From: Octopus bimaculoides | Taxonomy: Eukaryota | NCBI RefSeq assembly: GCF_001194135.2 | Contig: NC_068990.1 | Span: 46,161,360-46,213,056, forward strand | DNA: 51,697 bases | Direction of reading: 5' to 3' | Part shown: piece by piece, positions 1-11,735 of the stretch | Layout: every line of letters starts with the position of its first letter | How positions within the stretch are numbered: the first letter of the stretch is position 1 | Program-made: the position numbers and the translations under genes | The notes under the pieces: model-generated | Seen by the model: the letters and a program-made list of their open reading frames with translations, nothing else | Told to the model about the DNA's origin: nothing | The model's database searches: none

Positions 1-61
<61 letters not shown>

Positions 62-254
62 TGAAACAGTTGTGTACCTGTGCATTTTGTTACATACTTA
101 GGATTATAATCATTTATAGTAAAATATGTTTTAAGTCGACAGCGCTTGGTATCCACCCTCTACCACTACCCCTTATCTTCCCTGCTAACTTTAATGTAGC
201 GACCCCATTACATTGATAGGATGAATAGGATGCCAGCCAAAATAACTAATTAAC

Positions 255-610
255 AGCTGGATGAAATTTGATCAATATTCCGTTTGATGAAATTTAACTA
301 ATTGTCTTTATAATGAAATTTGATCAGTTGCCCGATTTGTTTAACTTAGCCTATACATTGTATAGCTTATAGATTTTTAGCCTATTAACTGACTATTTGA
401 TGATATTTCGAACAACTGTGCATTAATAAAATTCGATCATATGATTATTTGGTGAAACTCGTTCAACTGATTAAGTAATAAAATTCGATTAAATGGCAGG
501 TTGGCTGATTAAATTCAGTTAACTAATTATTCGATGAAATTCAATAAACTGAATATTTAATTAAATTGGTCAACAGAACATTTGCCGACATTCGATCAAC
601 CGAGCATTTG
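255..610. repeat. Degenerate 26-bp-period minisatellite (core GATGAAATTYGATCAACTG)
   Basis: Core recurs at 260, 286, 312, 399, 425, 451, 477, 507, 533, 559 and 584. Confidence 0.8.
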
Positions 611-711
611 ATAGGCTCTTATTGGCTAGTTAAATGCTAAACCCAGCCCATTATACAGTTTAGCTTATATTAGCATATTTTTACATACAAATTTTGGACA
701 GATTTGATCTT

Positions 712-1196
712 TATCTTTTATCTTTTACTTATTTCATCCATCAGATTGCGGCTATGCTGGGGCACCGCCTTGAAAGATTTCTAGTCGAATGAATCGGCCC
801 CAGTACTTATTTATTTTTCCCAAAGCCTGGTACTTATTCTGTCAGTATCTTTTACCGAACCGCTAGTTTAGGGGACGTAAGGACACCAGCATCGGTTGTC
901 AAGCGGTGGTGGAGGAAACACACACANNNNNNNNNNNNNNNNNNNNNNNNNNNNNNNNNNNNNNNNNNNNNNNNNNNNNNNNNNNNNNNNNNNNNNNNNN
1001 NNNNNNNNNNNNNNNNNNNNNNNNNNNNNNNNNNNNNNNNNNNNNNNNNNNNNNNNNNNNNNNNNNNNNNNNNNNNNNNNNNNNNNNNNNNNNNNNGGCC
1101 TTAGTAAAAGACATTTCCCCAAGGTGCCACGCTGTGGGACTGAACCCGAAACAATGTGGTTGGGAAGAAAGCTTCTTACACAGTCACGCCTGCGCC
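712..1196 (-). mobile_element. SINE family A copy with gap in the central microsatellite
   Basis: Revcomp head GGCGCAGGCGTGACTGTG at 1196. 3' half at about 712-925. Confidence 0.82.
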
Positions 1197-1294
1197 TGAT
1201 GATAGGTTTTTACCTATATTTTTCGTGGGAAGCATTATCTGACAGATTTTTATCTATTCATATCAAGCTGTACATTTTGTACCACACTCTACCT

Positions 1295-3278
1295 CAGGGG
1301 TCACCAAGCTTCTTTCATAGTGGGCCAGATATAGCTAAAAGAATGCCAAGCGAGGGCCGGATAAATATTTTGTTCAATTCAGTTCAATATAAAATATACT
1401 GAATGTACACAAAAAATAGACAGTCATCCTATTTATTTATCAATACATAAAATAATAAAAACAATAAACATATTTTAATAATACCAAAATATTACCAAGT
1501 TAGAATTTTTAGAAAAATGCGCACTAAGCTGAATTGCATGAAAAGTAAGCAGCACAAAAGTTAAGGAGATTTGTGAAAATGGCGTTTTGCTTCCAAAATA
1601 TCAACAGTTGCTTTATGATTGCTGCAGCCAACCATAAGAATTGCTTTCAAATGTTCATCAGTGAGCCTTCTTCGATGTATTGACTTCACACACTTTATTT
1701 TTGAAAAAAGTTTGCTCACAAACATAAGTTGTTCCAAAAACTGATGCCATAACTGAGGCAATTTTTTTCAGTTTTGAAAACTCATCAGCTGACAAGCAGC
1801 GATAAAAGTCAATGAGTTTTCCTTCTCTGTGCTTCTCTTTCAACAAGGTATTAGCTTGTAAGTCAATAAGCTCCAGTTGTAGTTCAGTTGGCATGTTATC
1901 AAGATTACAGCCAAAGGGATTCTCAAGCAAAAGAATTTCATTCTCAATTCTATCAAGATCTGAAAATCTTTTAGAAAAATGCGTATTTCAGTCCCGCATA
2001 ATTTTTTTCTGAAACTCGAGGTTAACATGTTCCACAGTTTCTGTGCGAAACTCTTGAAAACACTGAAAATAAGAGAAGTTTCCTCCTTCAAGTTGTGCTT
2101 TAAACAATGATAGCTTTCCACGAAAAGCTGTAATAATTCTGTAGAGATCACAGACAAGGTTATTCTTTCCTTGCAGTTTTAAATTCAATTCATTCATATG
2201 AGAAGTGACGACAACTAAAAATGACAACTTTGATAACCATGAAGGATCTGACAGCTGTGGATCAGCTCTATTCTTTTCAGTGAGAAAAAGATCTATTTCT
2301 CTTCGGAGATTATAAAAATGAAACAGGACTTTACCCCAACTGAGCCATCTCACTTTTGTGTAGTAAGGCAAGTCACAGAAATTAGAATCCATTTCTTCAA
2401 GGAAAGCCTGGAACTGTCAGTGATTAAGCCCATGATTCTGAATAAAGTTCACCACAGTTGTAACCGGTTTTAGTACGCAAGAAATATCTAAGTGTTTTCC
2501 ACAGTGCTTGCTGATGTATAATGCAGTGTATAAACAGAACTTTTGGAAGTTGAAGCTCCTCCAACTTGGTCTGGATCCACCCTACCAAACCCTTCCTCCA
2601 TCGACTGTAACACACCGAAGCTGATTCCACTGAAGGTTATAGTTTAGTAAAGCTTTTCTGCAACCCTATGGAAATATTTTTGCCAGTTGTTGTTCCATGT
2701 ATACTGCAAACGGATGCCATTTCTTCTATAATCTCAAAGTTGCAGTTAACGCCACGGATAAACACAAGAAGTTGTGACGTTCTAGAGAGATCAGTAGACT
2801 CATCCATTGCAAGAGAATACCACAAAAATTTCTTAGCTTTCTCATGTATCTGTAAATGTATATTCTCTCCAAGTTCTGTTCTGCACACAACTGAACTCGC
2901 TGAAAGGCTGATACAGCCAAATATGTTAGCTTTTTCAGGACACAAGTCATTTGCTGCTTCCATCATGCACTCTTTTATAAAGTTTCTGTCAGTAAATGGT
3001 TTTCCTCGCTCTGCCAACTTATTCACTATTTTGTAATTTACACGAGTGATAGATTCATTTTCAACAAACTCTTTCATAAAGAAATTCCTTTGAGATTCCA
3101 AACTACGTTTCATAGATTCAAATTTCTCGGACCGCAACTTTCCAGAATATTTAGAATGTGTTGAGAGATGTTTTGCTTCGTAGTGACGACGAATTTTGTA
3201 CTCTTTCATAACAGCAACACTTTCGTTGCATTTCAGGCAAAGAAGTATTTCCACAAAGAAGTATTTTGGGGACCCATG
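1295..3278 (-). mobile_element. Defective hAT DNA transposon (Buster/SPIN/GTF2IRD2-like transposase)
   Basis: TIRs CAGGGGTCACCAAG (1295) and revcomp CATGGGTCCCCAAA (ends 3278), 11/14 match. 8-bp TSD CTCTACCT (1287-1294) / CTCTAGCT (3279-3286). Transposase motifs lie across several frames: CLKC..RRHYEAKH zinc finger, SLAMDESTD, CVTVDG (2597-2614), HCIIHQQAL, VRWLS, FGTTYVCEQTF. Confidence 0.92.
1561..3254 (-). pseudogene. Frameshifted hAT transposase (ORF pieces 2637-3254, 2424-2630, 1988-2392, 1658-1930, 1561-1761)
   Basis: Collinear hAT transposase motifs are split by several frameshifts and stops. The N-terminal start is missing. Confidence 0.9.
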
Positions 3279-3432
3279 CTCTAGCTCATAGTTTATCTAC
3301 AACCTATCCTCTAAATTTTTACGTATAGACTTTAACCTATCAAATGTCAGCAAATGATCAAATTATTGAATTTCATCAAAGAGTTAGCTGATTGAAATTT
3401 TTCAGACGAATTTCATGTAGATTTGTACATGC

Positions 3433-3512
<80 letters not shown>

Positions 3513-3633
3513 TTGTTTTATTTTGTCTCTCCCATCGTCACTTGGTTTGTTTACATTCCTGTAGGTTAGCGGTTCGGCAAAAGGATCAATAGAATAAATA
3601 CCAGACTTAAAAAGGTATCAGACTTATAAATTA

Positions 3634-4250
3634 CTAGCTGAATTACCCGGCATTGACCGGGTTAGTGCTGTTCTTATCCAGATTAGTAAACTATAAATAT
3701 GAAGACATTATTTTCAAAATATCTATATTTTATTAAAAAATTTCCGAATTGTAATGAGAATAGAATTTAGAAATGAAAATCTGTTAATCTTGAAGCACCT
3801 CAGGGTAAACAATATTCATTGTGTAATTTTTTTTGTTGGTGCCCAAATGAATAAATTGCTGCTGCATGCAACTCGTGAGCAACCAGCCTAGAGTTGGCCG
3901 TGAGAGAAATATGTAGCTGAGAGATGAGGGATTGACCCTGAGATTTGTTAATTGAAATACCAAAACTTAGATTGACTGAAAATTGAAGCCTCTTAAATTC
4001 AAATGAAACACCTCTAGGTATGAGAGGAAATTTTGGAATAAAGATATTTCCATCTTGGTGACTACCTGTTATGATTGTTGCCTGTAGGACATGAGGCTTC
4101 ACGGAAGTAACAATTAAGCGAGTTCCATTACACAGGTGAGATGGGTCAAGATTCCTAAGCGACATTATGGGAGCATCCAGTTGTGCTTCAAACAATGATG
4201 GCCGCAGTTCAATGGTTAAAACAAGTAACAAATAAAAGATAAACTCTTCA
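3634..4250 (-). mobile_element. Helitron 3' end with decayed PIF1-family helicase C-terminus
   Basis: Minus-strand translation: APIMSLRNLDPSHLCNGTRL...FKRLQFSVNLSFGISINKSQGQSL, then shifted-frame FSHGQL*AGCSRV and NIVYPEVLQD* (stop 3786-3784). GC hairpin ACCCGG-N6-CCGGGT at 3645-3662, then CTAG|T terminus at 3637-3634. The 5' end was not located. Confidence 0.88.
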
Positions 4251-5327
4251 AATTGTAGGTTGTCTTACGATGAAAATCTCCTTCAACTCATGCATCCAAA
4301 CCAAAAAAAAAAAAAAAGAAAAAATACAACTTGGCATGTACAACACAAACTCCCAAGTTGCTGTCTCAACAGAAACATCATTGTTAAATGAACACAAAAC
4401 CAGATTTCCCCAGTGTGGACAAACAGGTTTTACGTAATGTTTATAACATGTAAGAGGTTCTGGAAATTAGTGCGATGGGAGACATAAATATGGAAGGTGA
4501 AAGCAACAGCGGGTGGGAGGAGTGAGAGGAGAGTAAGAAAAAATATTAGAGGAGAATCAAAAATGAAATGATCTGAAAATAGGTTAAAAATAAGGGTGAT
4601 TAGATAGAAAGGAATGTAAAAGAGAACGGAAGAGATGGAGAGAAAGGATGAAGCAGAATGAAGAACAGAGACGACCATACACACACACATATACATATAG
4701 AAACACATACATACATACATACGGAGAGAGAGAGAGAGAAAGAAAGAGATACATAGATAAATACATAGAAAGATAGAGAAATACATACATACATACATAC
4801 ATACATACACCCATCCAACCATCTATCCATCGATCCATCCATCCATACATACACACATATATATATGGAAAATCCTCTCCAAAACCAGATCCTATATTAA
4901 CGGGTCGATTAGTGGTTCTGTATGTTCTCTTGAAAAACTATATCTCTTAAAGAACTTCCAGGATCGAGATTTTTCTGTATGTCCACATTTTAAGAAATAC
5001 ATCTTGGCCGAATTTAAAAATAGGCCACCAGGCATAGTAAGCCATTAATATTTTGTTTATGTCTTTTTTTGACTTTGGGTTATTGTAACGTTGGTTATCT
5101 CCATCGTGTTTTTCTTTTTGTCTTCTTCCTTATCAACGTCCCTTGTTTAAACGCCATCATAAAAAAGCAACTGACAAACGGTCTTGTTCCCATCTTGAAA
5201 TATGGAGAAATAAATTAATGTTTCGATCAGGGCACCCTGGGTAGCTGTATTTAATAAGATTTGTGGTTTTTATTATAACAATCTTTACTCTCTTAGCTGA
5301 CTCGTTGAAGCCTTACCACATAATACA

Positions 5328-5358
<31 letters not shown>

Positions 5359-6475
5359 GTGTATGTGTGTGTTTGTATGTGTGTGTGTGTATGTATGTAT
5401 GTATGTATGTATGCATGTATGTATGTATGCATGCATGCATACATGTATATTAGGGAAGCTTTCGACTTTTTCTATCCAAAGTGTTTTGTAACCTAGTATT
5501 TACACACCAATAGCCTTGTCTGCTTTGAGATTCACTGTTCCAAAAAAAAAAGAAAAAAAGAATTACATGCATGTGTAAATATATATATGTGTGTGTGTGT
5601 GTGTGCGTGTGTGTGTGTGTACACATACATACATACATACATACATACATACATACAGATACATTCTACTATATAAACACATAAATATGAAAGACCTAGA
5701 GAAAGAAGAAAGAGAGAAAGAGAAAAAGTGAAAGGGAGAGAAATAAGAATTATGACAACATCCTGTGCGGTTTGCAATTTTAAAGAAACGTAAAGTCAAA
5801 ACATTCAAGATCAGTTAACAGAAATTCGAAACAGATACATGTTCTTTAAATAAAGTAAAAAAAAAAAAAAGATATCAGTATCGACCATGAATCATGGTGC
5901 CCCACCTACAAAGCCCCACTTCCTAAGCATGATCCATTTCTAGTCATTTAGGAGACAAAAAATAACAAATTAAACAAACAGAAACATGATCGTGGTTCGA
6001 AAAGCCAGCTGGAACTGAAGGATTTTGACGAATACAGATATGTAACAGTTTTGATTTTTAATTTTGTTTTTGGTGGCGTTGGGGAGTATTTTTGTTTGTT
6101 TGTATGTATATCTATATAAGAAGAATAATTACAAGAATTTAGTGTCTGTTCGGACCGACTCGTAGGATAAGCTCAGTTTAATAGAAGTTTTTTTCAAGTT
6201 ACAATTACAACAAATGTGAAACTCTACCAAGCGCACATATACATGCGTACAGCACCCCCACATGTATATTAAGGGCGCCTATTCGTATTTAAGCCAGAGT
6301 TTACAATTTTAAAAATCAAAGCTATATAAGTGAAGTAGAGTACCTTCTTGACGGCTGCTTAGATTTCATATTTGTTTTTACTTATCTATCTTAAGCATGT
6401 ATTGCATCTCTTGCATTTATACAAGCAATGCCACTGATGTATATATCCATCCGTCCATATCTATCTATCTATCTA

Positions 6476-6523
<48 letters not shown>

Positions 6524-6822
6524 ACGTTCTCTCTATCATAGTAGAAATATAGCTGTATGGTTTTCATTGTTGTATCAGCGACGCTATATATTTACAAGAC
6601 CGATACTTATAATTATATTGGTCGCTGACGTCAACGTACAAGATCAACAACGTGTTATCAATTGGGTGGTTAATGTCAATGTACAAAACTACGTTTAGAA
6701 CTAACTACAAGCTGTCACTACAAGGAAGTAACACCATGTACCATACTTTTGCTAATTGTTTTAGGTCCTAATGTAGTCACAGGAGAGAGAAGGAAAAGGA
6801 GAAGGGATGAGAAAGGGGGAAG

Positions 6823-6827
<5 letters not shown>

Positions 6828-6912
<85 letters not shown>
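6828..6912. repeat. (GA)n microsatellite (other long GA tracts at 1-56, 20519-20580, 31450-31523, 41385-41522)
   Basis: Direct reading. Confidence 0.95.
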
Positions 6913-6915
<3 letters not shown>

Positions 6916-9204
6916 AGAAACAGAGTGTGTGAGAGAGGACTCTGCTCCAGCACTGAATTGGTATGTTGGTATTTTATTTATCGACATTCTGATAAGATGA
7001 ACGGGAAAGTTGTCTTTAGCGGGTTTCGAACTCAGAAAATGCAGAGCTGTAACAAATGTCGTTTCGTATTCATCCCAGTACCCTAACCACTTTGCTAATC
7101 AATCGACTAACATCATGTGATTACACTTGAGTCATTAACAACCTACAGAACTACGTGTGGACGCAGCATGGTTGGAATGGTTTAGAACTTCGCTTCACAA
7201 ACACGAGGCCTCGGGTTCAATCCAATTCCATGGAATTTGGGGCCAGTGACTTTCACTAATACCTCGGGTCGGTCGAAGCCTTGTGATCGAAATCAAGTTG
7301 ACGGATACTGTCCACCGGCTAGATGGATTGTAGACACAATTCAAATGTACTACGTTGTAACACACTGTATCACGCTGATACAGTGTTGATACACTATTCC
7401 ATAGACATGTTATATATTACATTAAATGTACACCTGTCCGTGGAATACTCAGCCACATGTACACTAATTCAAGGAGCAGATAATTTAGTTGATTGACCAA
7501 CGGATTCCGCATGGAAACCTACGTGATCCATTTATTTACTTACTGACTGACTTGCTCACTTACTCGGAAGACTACCTACGGAAGTAACGTAACCGCGTAC
7601 AAGACTACGTATAAAATTACATTACAAGACTACACACAAAGCTAACGTTAACCGTCTGAGCCTAACAACGAAACAATAAAGCTGGCAGAATAAAAGAAGA
7701 AATGTAATACTTATACACCCCGGAGTTTCAGTGACCATAGTGATAAGAATATTATGTTAATGAGCAGCTTGGGTGTGATCAGTTTCTGTACTGTTGATAT
7801 TAGCCTATCACACCTACGCACGTTTTGTGCAAGAAATATATATACAGCGTTTCTAGGGGAACACCCCCCCTCCCCACGTCATTTCCATGTCGACCATTCA
7901 AGTTATTTCTTTTGTTGTTATTCCTGGCAAATATTTGCCTTTGCTTTACATTTTTATTTATTTTCTTATTTCTTTCCGCAATAAATTATTCCGCCATCTT
8001 TGTTGATTCTTCACCTTACCCCCGCCGCCACAACATTCAAATATATCGGTTTTTCAATCTATATCTCCATATATATCTAAAAAAATATTTCTGTTTCTAG
8101 CTTTCTCCATTCCTTTCTTCCTTCCTTCCTACCAATATCTTGGATCTATAGACATTCAGTCGTATACCAGAGTTAACAGAAGTTACTATAACTCTGCTTA
8201 CTTTGCGTCTATTAAAAAGAACCCCCAAAAAAACCCCCAAACATATTGATCTGATAAATAAATGTTGTGCTGACGACACAACATGGTTTCGGTTATGTTG
8301 AATTTGTAATGTTATACTGAATTCACAACACGGCTTCGGTTCTCGATTTTAACTCACACCACCAATACCTTTTAGCAAATCACGAACATCACACAATATC
8401 ACATCTCTTCCCAGTTAGCGGAGAACTATTGGAAATGTCCATAAACGGACGGAGGGAAGAACTCACATCATATTCTGGACAACAGCAAAATTTAGATGAA
8501 ATCAATACTTTCATCCATCCACTAGGATACTGGTTCTGTCGATTAGATACATATGTGTGTGTTCTCAGCCAGTGTAGCCTGAAGTAATCAATATATTTAA
8601 ATATTAAAGTGGAAATGTAGATTCAGATGAAACTGACAGAGGTCTGTGTCGACAAACAGTAAATAACAAATATCTACAGAGTTAAAATACTAAATTATTT
8701 TCTGTGTGGAACAAAAGAAACCTAACATTTCGTGCAGTGACCCTTCATTGGAAAAAGATAGGCTCTGCGTGAAACGTTAGATCTGTCTTCTTTCTCACGG
8801 TAAAATTAATTTATTTTTCTACTCTGTGAACTTTGAGGTAATTAAATGTCTCGGTTGGCGTTTCTGACTCGAATAATAATATAAAGCTTCTTTTTCTTCC
8901 CATTTTTTTTTTAATACGTATTCGAGTTTGAACATCCTGGTCAAACTAGCTGCAAGTAACATACAAAATAGGACAACTAGTTAAATGTTAAATCTCTCTT
9001 TTTCTTTTTTATCAGTGGTCTAGTAAGAGTGTGTTCCTCCCAGGGTAGCCCTTGAGTTTTCTGCCCCCGCCCTCAGAGACCAAAAAGTGCCACTCCTTAA
9101 AAGCATTGCCCGCGACGGACCGCCACACGTGTGGGGGTTTGCTGACTTAAGAATTTAATTGCTTGTATTAATTACTTCTAAAGTTATTTCCTTAGTATTA
9201 CATA

Positions 9205-9428
9205 CGAGGGGGTGATGAAAAATTCCTGGCTTTGGGTAAAAGAAAATACAGGAGGATCAGTTAACTATGATTTTATATTTTATTCAACATATTCTCCTCT
9301 GAGATTCACACATTTATTGCAGCGGTTCTTAAGTTCTTCTTAGCCCTGTAAAAGTACTTGGAATGTTGGGCCACCAACCAGGCCTTTCGCGATACCCTTA
9401 AAGCCAGGAACTTTTCAGTACCCACTCG
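9205..9428 (-). mobile_element. Mariner-derived MITE (224 bp)
   Basis: TA at 9203-9204 and 9429-9430. Including the TA, the ends TACGAGGGGGTGATGAAAAATTCCTGGCTTT and revcomp TACGAGTGGGTACTGAAAAGTTCCTGGCTTT match 27/31. The minus strand keeps a mariner C-terminus, ELKNRCNKCVNLRGEYVE*. Confidence 0.85.
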
Positions 9429-9509
9429 TATAAATACACACTTTCAAGTCAGTTCTGCTTTTGGCTTGTTTTAAACGTCGGACATGACGTTTAAACATTG
9501 CTTCATCGG

Positions 9510-9682
9510 CGTTTTATCATTATCCTCTTCTGCCTCTTCCTCCTGCTCCTCCCTGTCCTGCTCCTCCCCGTCATCCTCCTCCTTGTCGCCGTCCTCCTCT
9601 CCCGTCCTTCTTCTCTTCGTCTTCGTCCCCCTCATCGTCGTCGCCATCGTCGCTGTCGTCGCCGTCGTCGCCGTCGTCGCCG

Positions 9683-9740
<58 letters not shown>

Positions 9741-9752
9741 AATCATCATCAT
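9510..9752. repeat. Compound trinucleotide repeat (TCC)/(GTC)/(ATC)n
   Basis: Graded low-complexity tract. It explains three overlapping low-complexity ORFs. Confidence 0.85.
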
Positions 9753-10286
9753 CTATAATCAGATCAAGATATACGTAGATATATATGTATATATGATATA
9801 CATCAGGATATGATATGCATCAGTATATAGGAAACTCCACTTTTACAAAACTCTGCTACGCCTAAAAAACTCGATGGCTGTTTCTTTCTTTGTTGCTATT
9901 TACAGCGTGGGTGGTCAAAACTGGGTTTTTAAAATTATTTTCATTACAGCTGCTTTTCTGTGAAAACTTAAAACTATGCTGAATGTACTATGGACAACTT
10001 CTTTATCTACTTAGTCTATATTTAGACACCAGCAATCTTTGTTTATGCAGCAGTTTCTATCTGATTTACAGAATTATTAGAGTAGCGGACAAAATACTTT
10101 GCAACATTTGTTCCGGCTCTTTACATTCTGAGTTCAAAGTCCACCGGTGTTAAGTTTGCTTTTATCCTCCCGGGGTCGATAAAATAAAGTATCAGTCAAG
10201 TACTGAAGTTGACGGCATCGAGTTAACCATTCCCCTCAAAATTGCTGGCCTTGAGCCAAAATTTGAAAGTATCATCATTATTATTA

Positions 10287-10845
10287 TTCAATGAGAGAGC
10301 AGTGCATATCATCAAAGTGATACTGGGGTAAAATATACGAAACCCAGTATACCCATCATGACTATCCGTCTGATAATGGTACACCCGGCACATGCATCAC
10401 AGTCAGATGCGCATGACATGATGATTTCATATCAGGATAAACAGCATATGACCTTGCAGATGGGGGCCCAGTTAGAATTTTCTTCACTTTGAGTAGCCTA
10501 TCCCGCTTAAAAGGTCCCTGAATAAGGTTTGTTTAAGGATGATGAACGAAACACCCATGTTTCCAGAGGTGAATTATCCAAACCCCAAAGAATTCCTCTC
10601 AACACATGGCTATGATGCTCCCCCACTACTTTTGCTTGTGATCAGAGATGCACATATGGTCAGCCACTAAGGGACATGCTCAACTGGTTAAGGTCAAACG
10701 ACTGACAAGCAAATCTGTGGTACTGAGCAGGATATTTGCTGTAGCCCATCTTTTAGACCAAAACAAAACTATGTACACTATAACACTTCCAATCAGTTAA
10801 GATCAGAAACCATGAGAGCCAAAGCCTGATGCTGTATATCACTAC
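10287..10845. repeat. Probable unclassified interspersed repeat
   Basis: Non-coding block of higher GC between two SINE B copies and bounded by (ATT)/(ATC) runs. It resembles an octopus repeat as I recall it; not verified. Confidence 0.35.
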
Positions 10846-10849
10846 CATT

Positions 10850-10950
10850 ATGATCATGGTCATCATGATCATCTTTATCATGATCATCTTTATCATGATC
10901 ATCTTTATCATCATCATCTTTATCATGATCATCTTTATCATCATCATTAT
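10850..10950. repeat. (ATCATGATCATCTTT)n 15-bp minisatellite
   Basis: About 5-6 units. Confidence 0.8.
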
Positions 10951-11542
10951 TTTTATTAAGACAGCGAGCTGACAGAATCGTTAGTGCGCCAGAAAAAATG
11001 TTTAGCGGCATTTCTTCATAATTTACATTTTAAGTTCAAATTCCACCGAGGCCGACTTCGCTTTTCATTCTTTCGGAGTCGATAAAATAAGTACCAGTCA
11101 ATTACTGGGATCGATGTAATCGGCTACCCACTTTCTTCAAGATTCCAGGCGTTGTGCCTATAGTAGAAAGAATTATTATTGTTGTTGTTCATCACTGAAG
11201 CTGAACGTGTTTTGGAAGCACCGTGAACCTGTACCTTGTTTTTCTTCTTAGAAATCTGTTTTTGCTGAGTTTTGTTTTAGTTAACTAGAACCTTAAGGTA
11301 CTAATTAGCTGTTTTTGTTACTCGCCCTACAAGGTAAAATTTTAAAAAGAAACTGTGGTATTTCAAAACATGGAAAATTTTCAAAATGTGTCGTCTCAGT
11401 TGTCCAATCAGCAAGAGGGAAAAGCAGGAGGAGGTTTTGAAGATTAAATAGTCTTTCACAGTAATTTCCTATCACACTATACTTCAGAAGTAATAGTAAT
11501 TTAAAACAGTAGCAGCAGCATCAGTAGCAACAAGAACAGTCA

Positions 11543-11574
<32 letters not shown>

Positions 11575-11656
11575 GCAACAACTATAACAGCAGTAATTGC
11601 AGTAGCATGAACATTATTATTATTATTATTATTATTATTAGTAGTAGTAGTAGTAG

Positions 11657-11735
11657 TATTCAGGTCACTGCCTGGAATCGAACTCGGAATTTTGGGGTTA
11701 ATAGCCCGCGCTCTTAATCCCTACTTCACATGCCC
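11657..11735 (-). mobile_element. Short tRNA-like SINE or tRNA pseudogene with trinucleotide tail
   Basis: Revcomp GGGCATGTG...TAAGAGCGCGGGC...GAGTTCGATTCC (B-box), followed by (TAC)/(AAT)/(TTG) runs. Confidence 0.6.

Noticed and set aside
6718-7000. ORFs spanning the GA tract
   Set aside because: Microsatellite plus SINE B translation.
7362-7386. 11-bp stem hairpin ACACTGTATCA-CGC-TGATACAGTGT
   Set aside because: Short and adjacent to decayed SINE sequence, so probably repeat-derived. No functional support.
9471-9813. Overlapping poly-Met/His/Ile/Ser ORFs
   Set aside because: Translations of a compound trinucleotide repeat with no domain signal.
10793-11011. Minus ORF with DKDDDDK/DDHDK repeats resembling a FLAG tag
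   Set aside because: It is the natural 15-bp ATCATGATCATCTTT minisatellite, lacks the FLAG Tyr, and runs into SINE B sequence. Not vector contamination.
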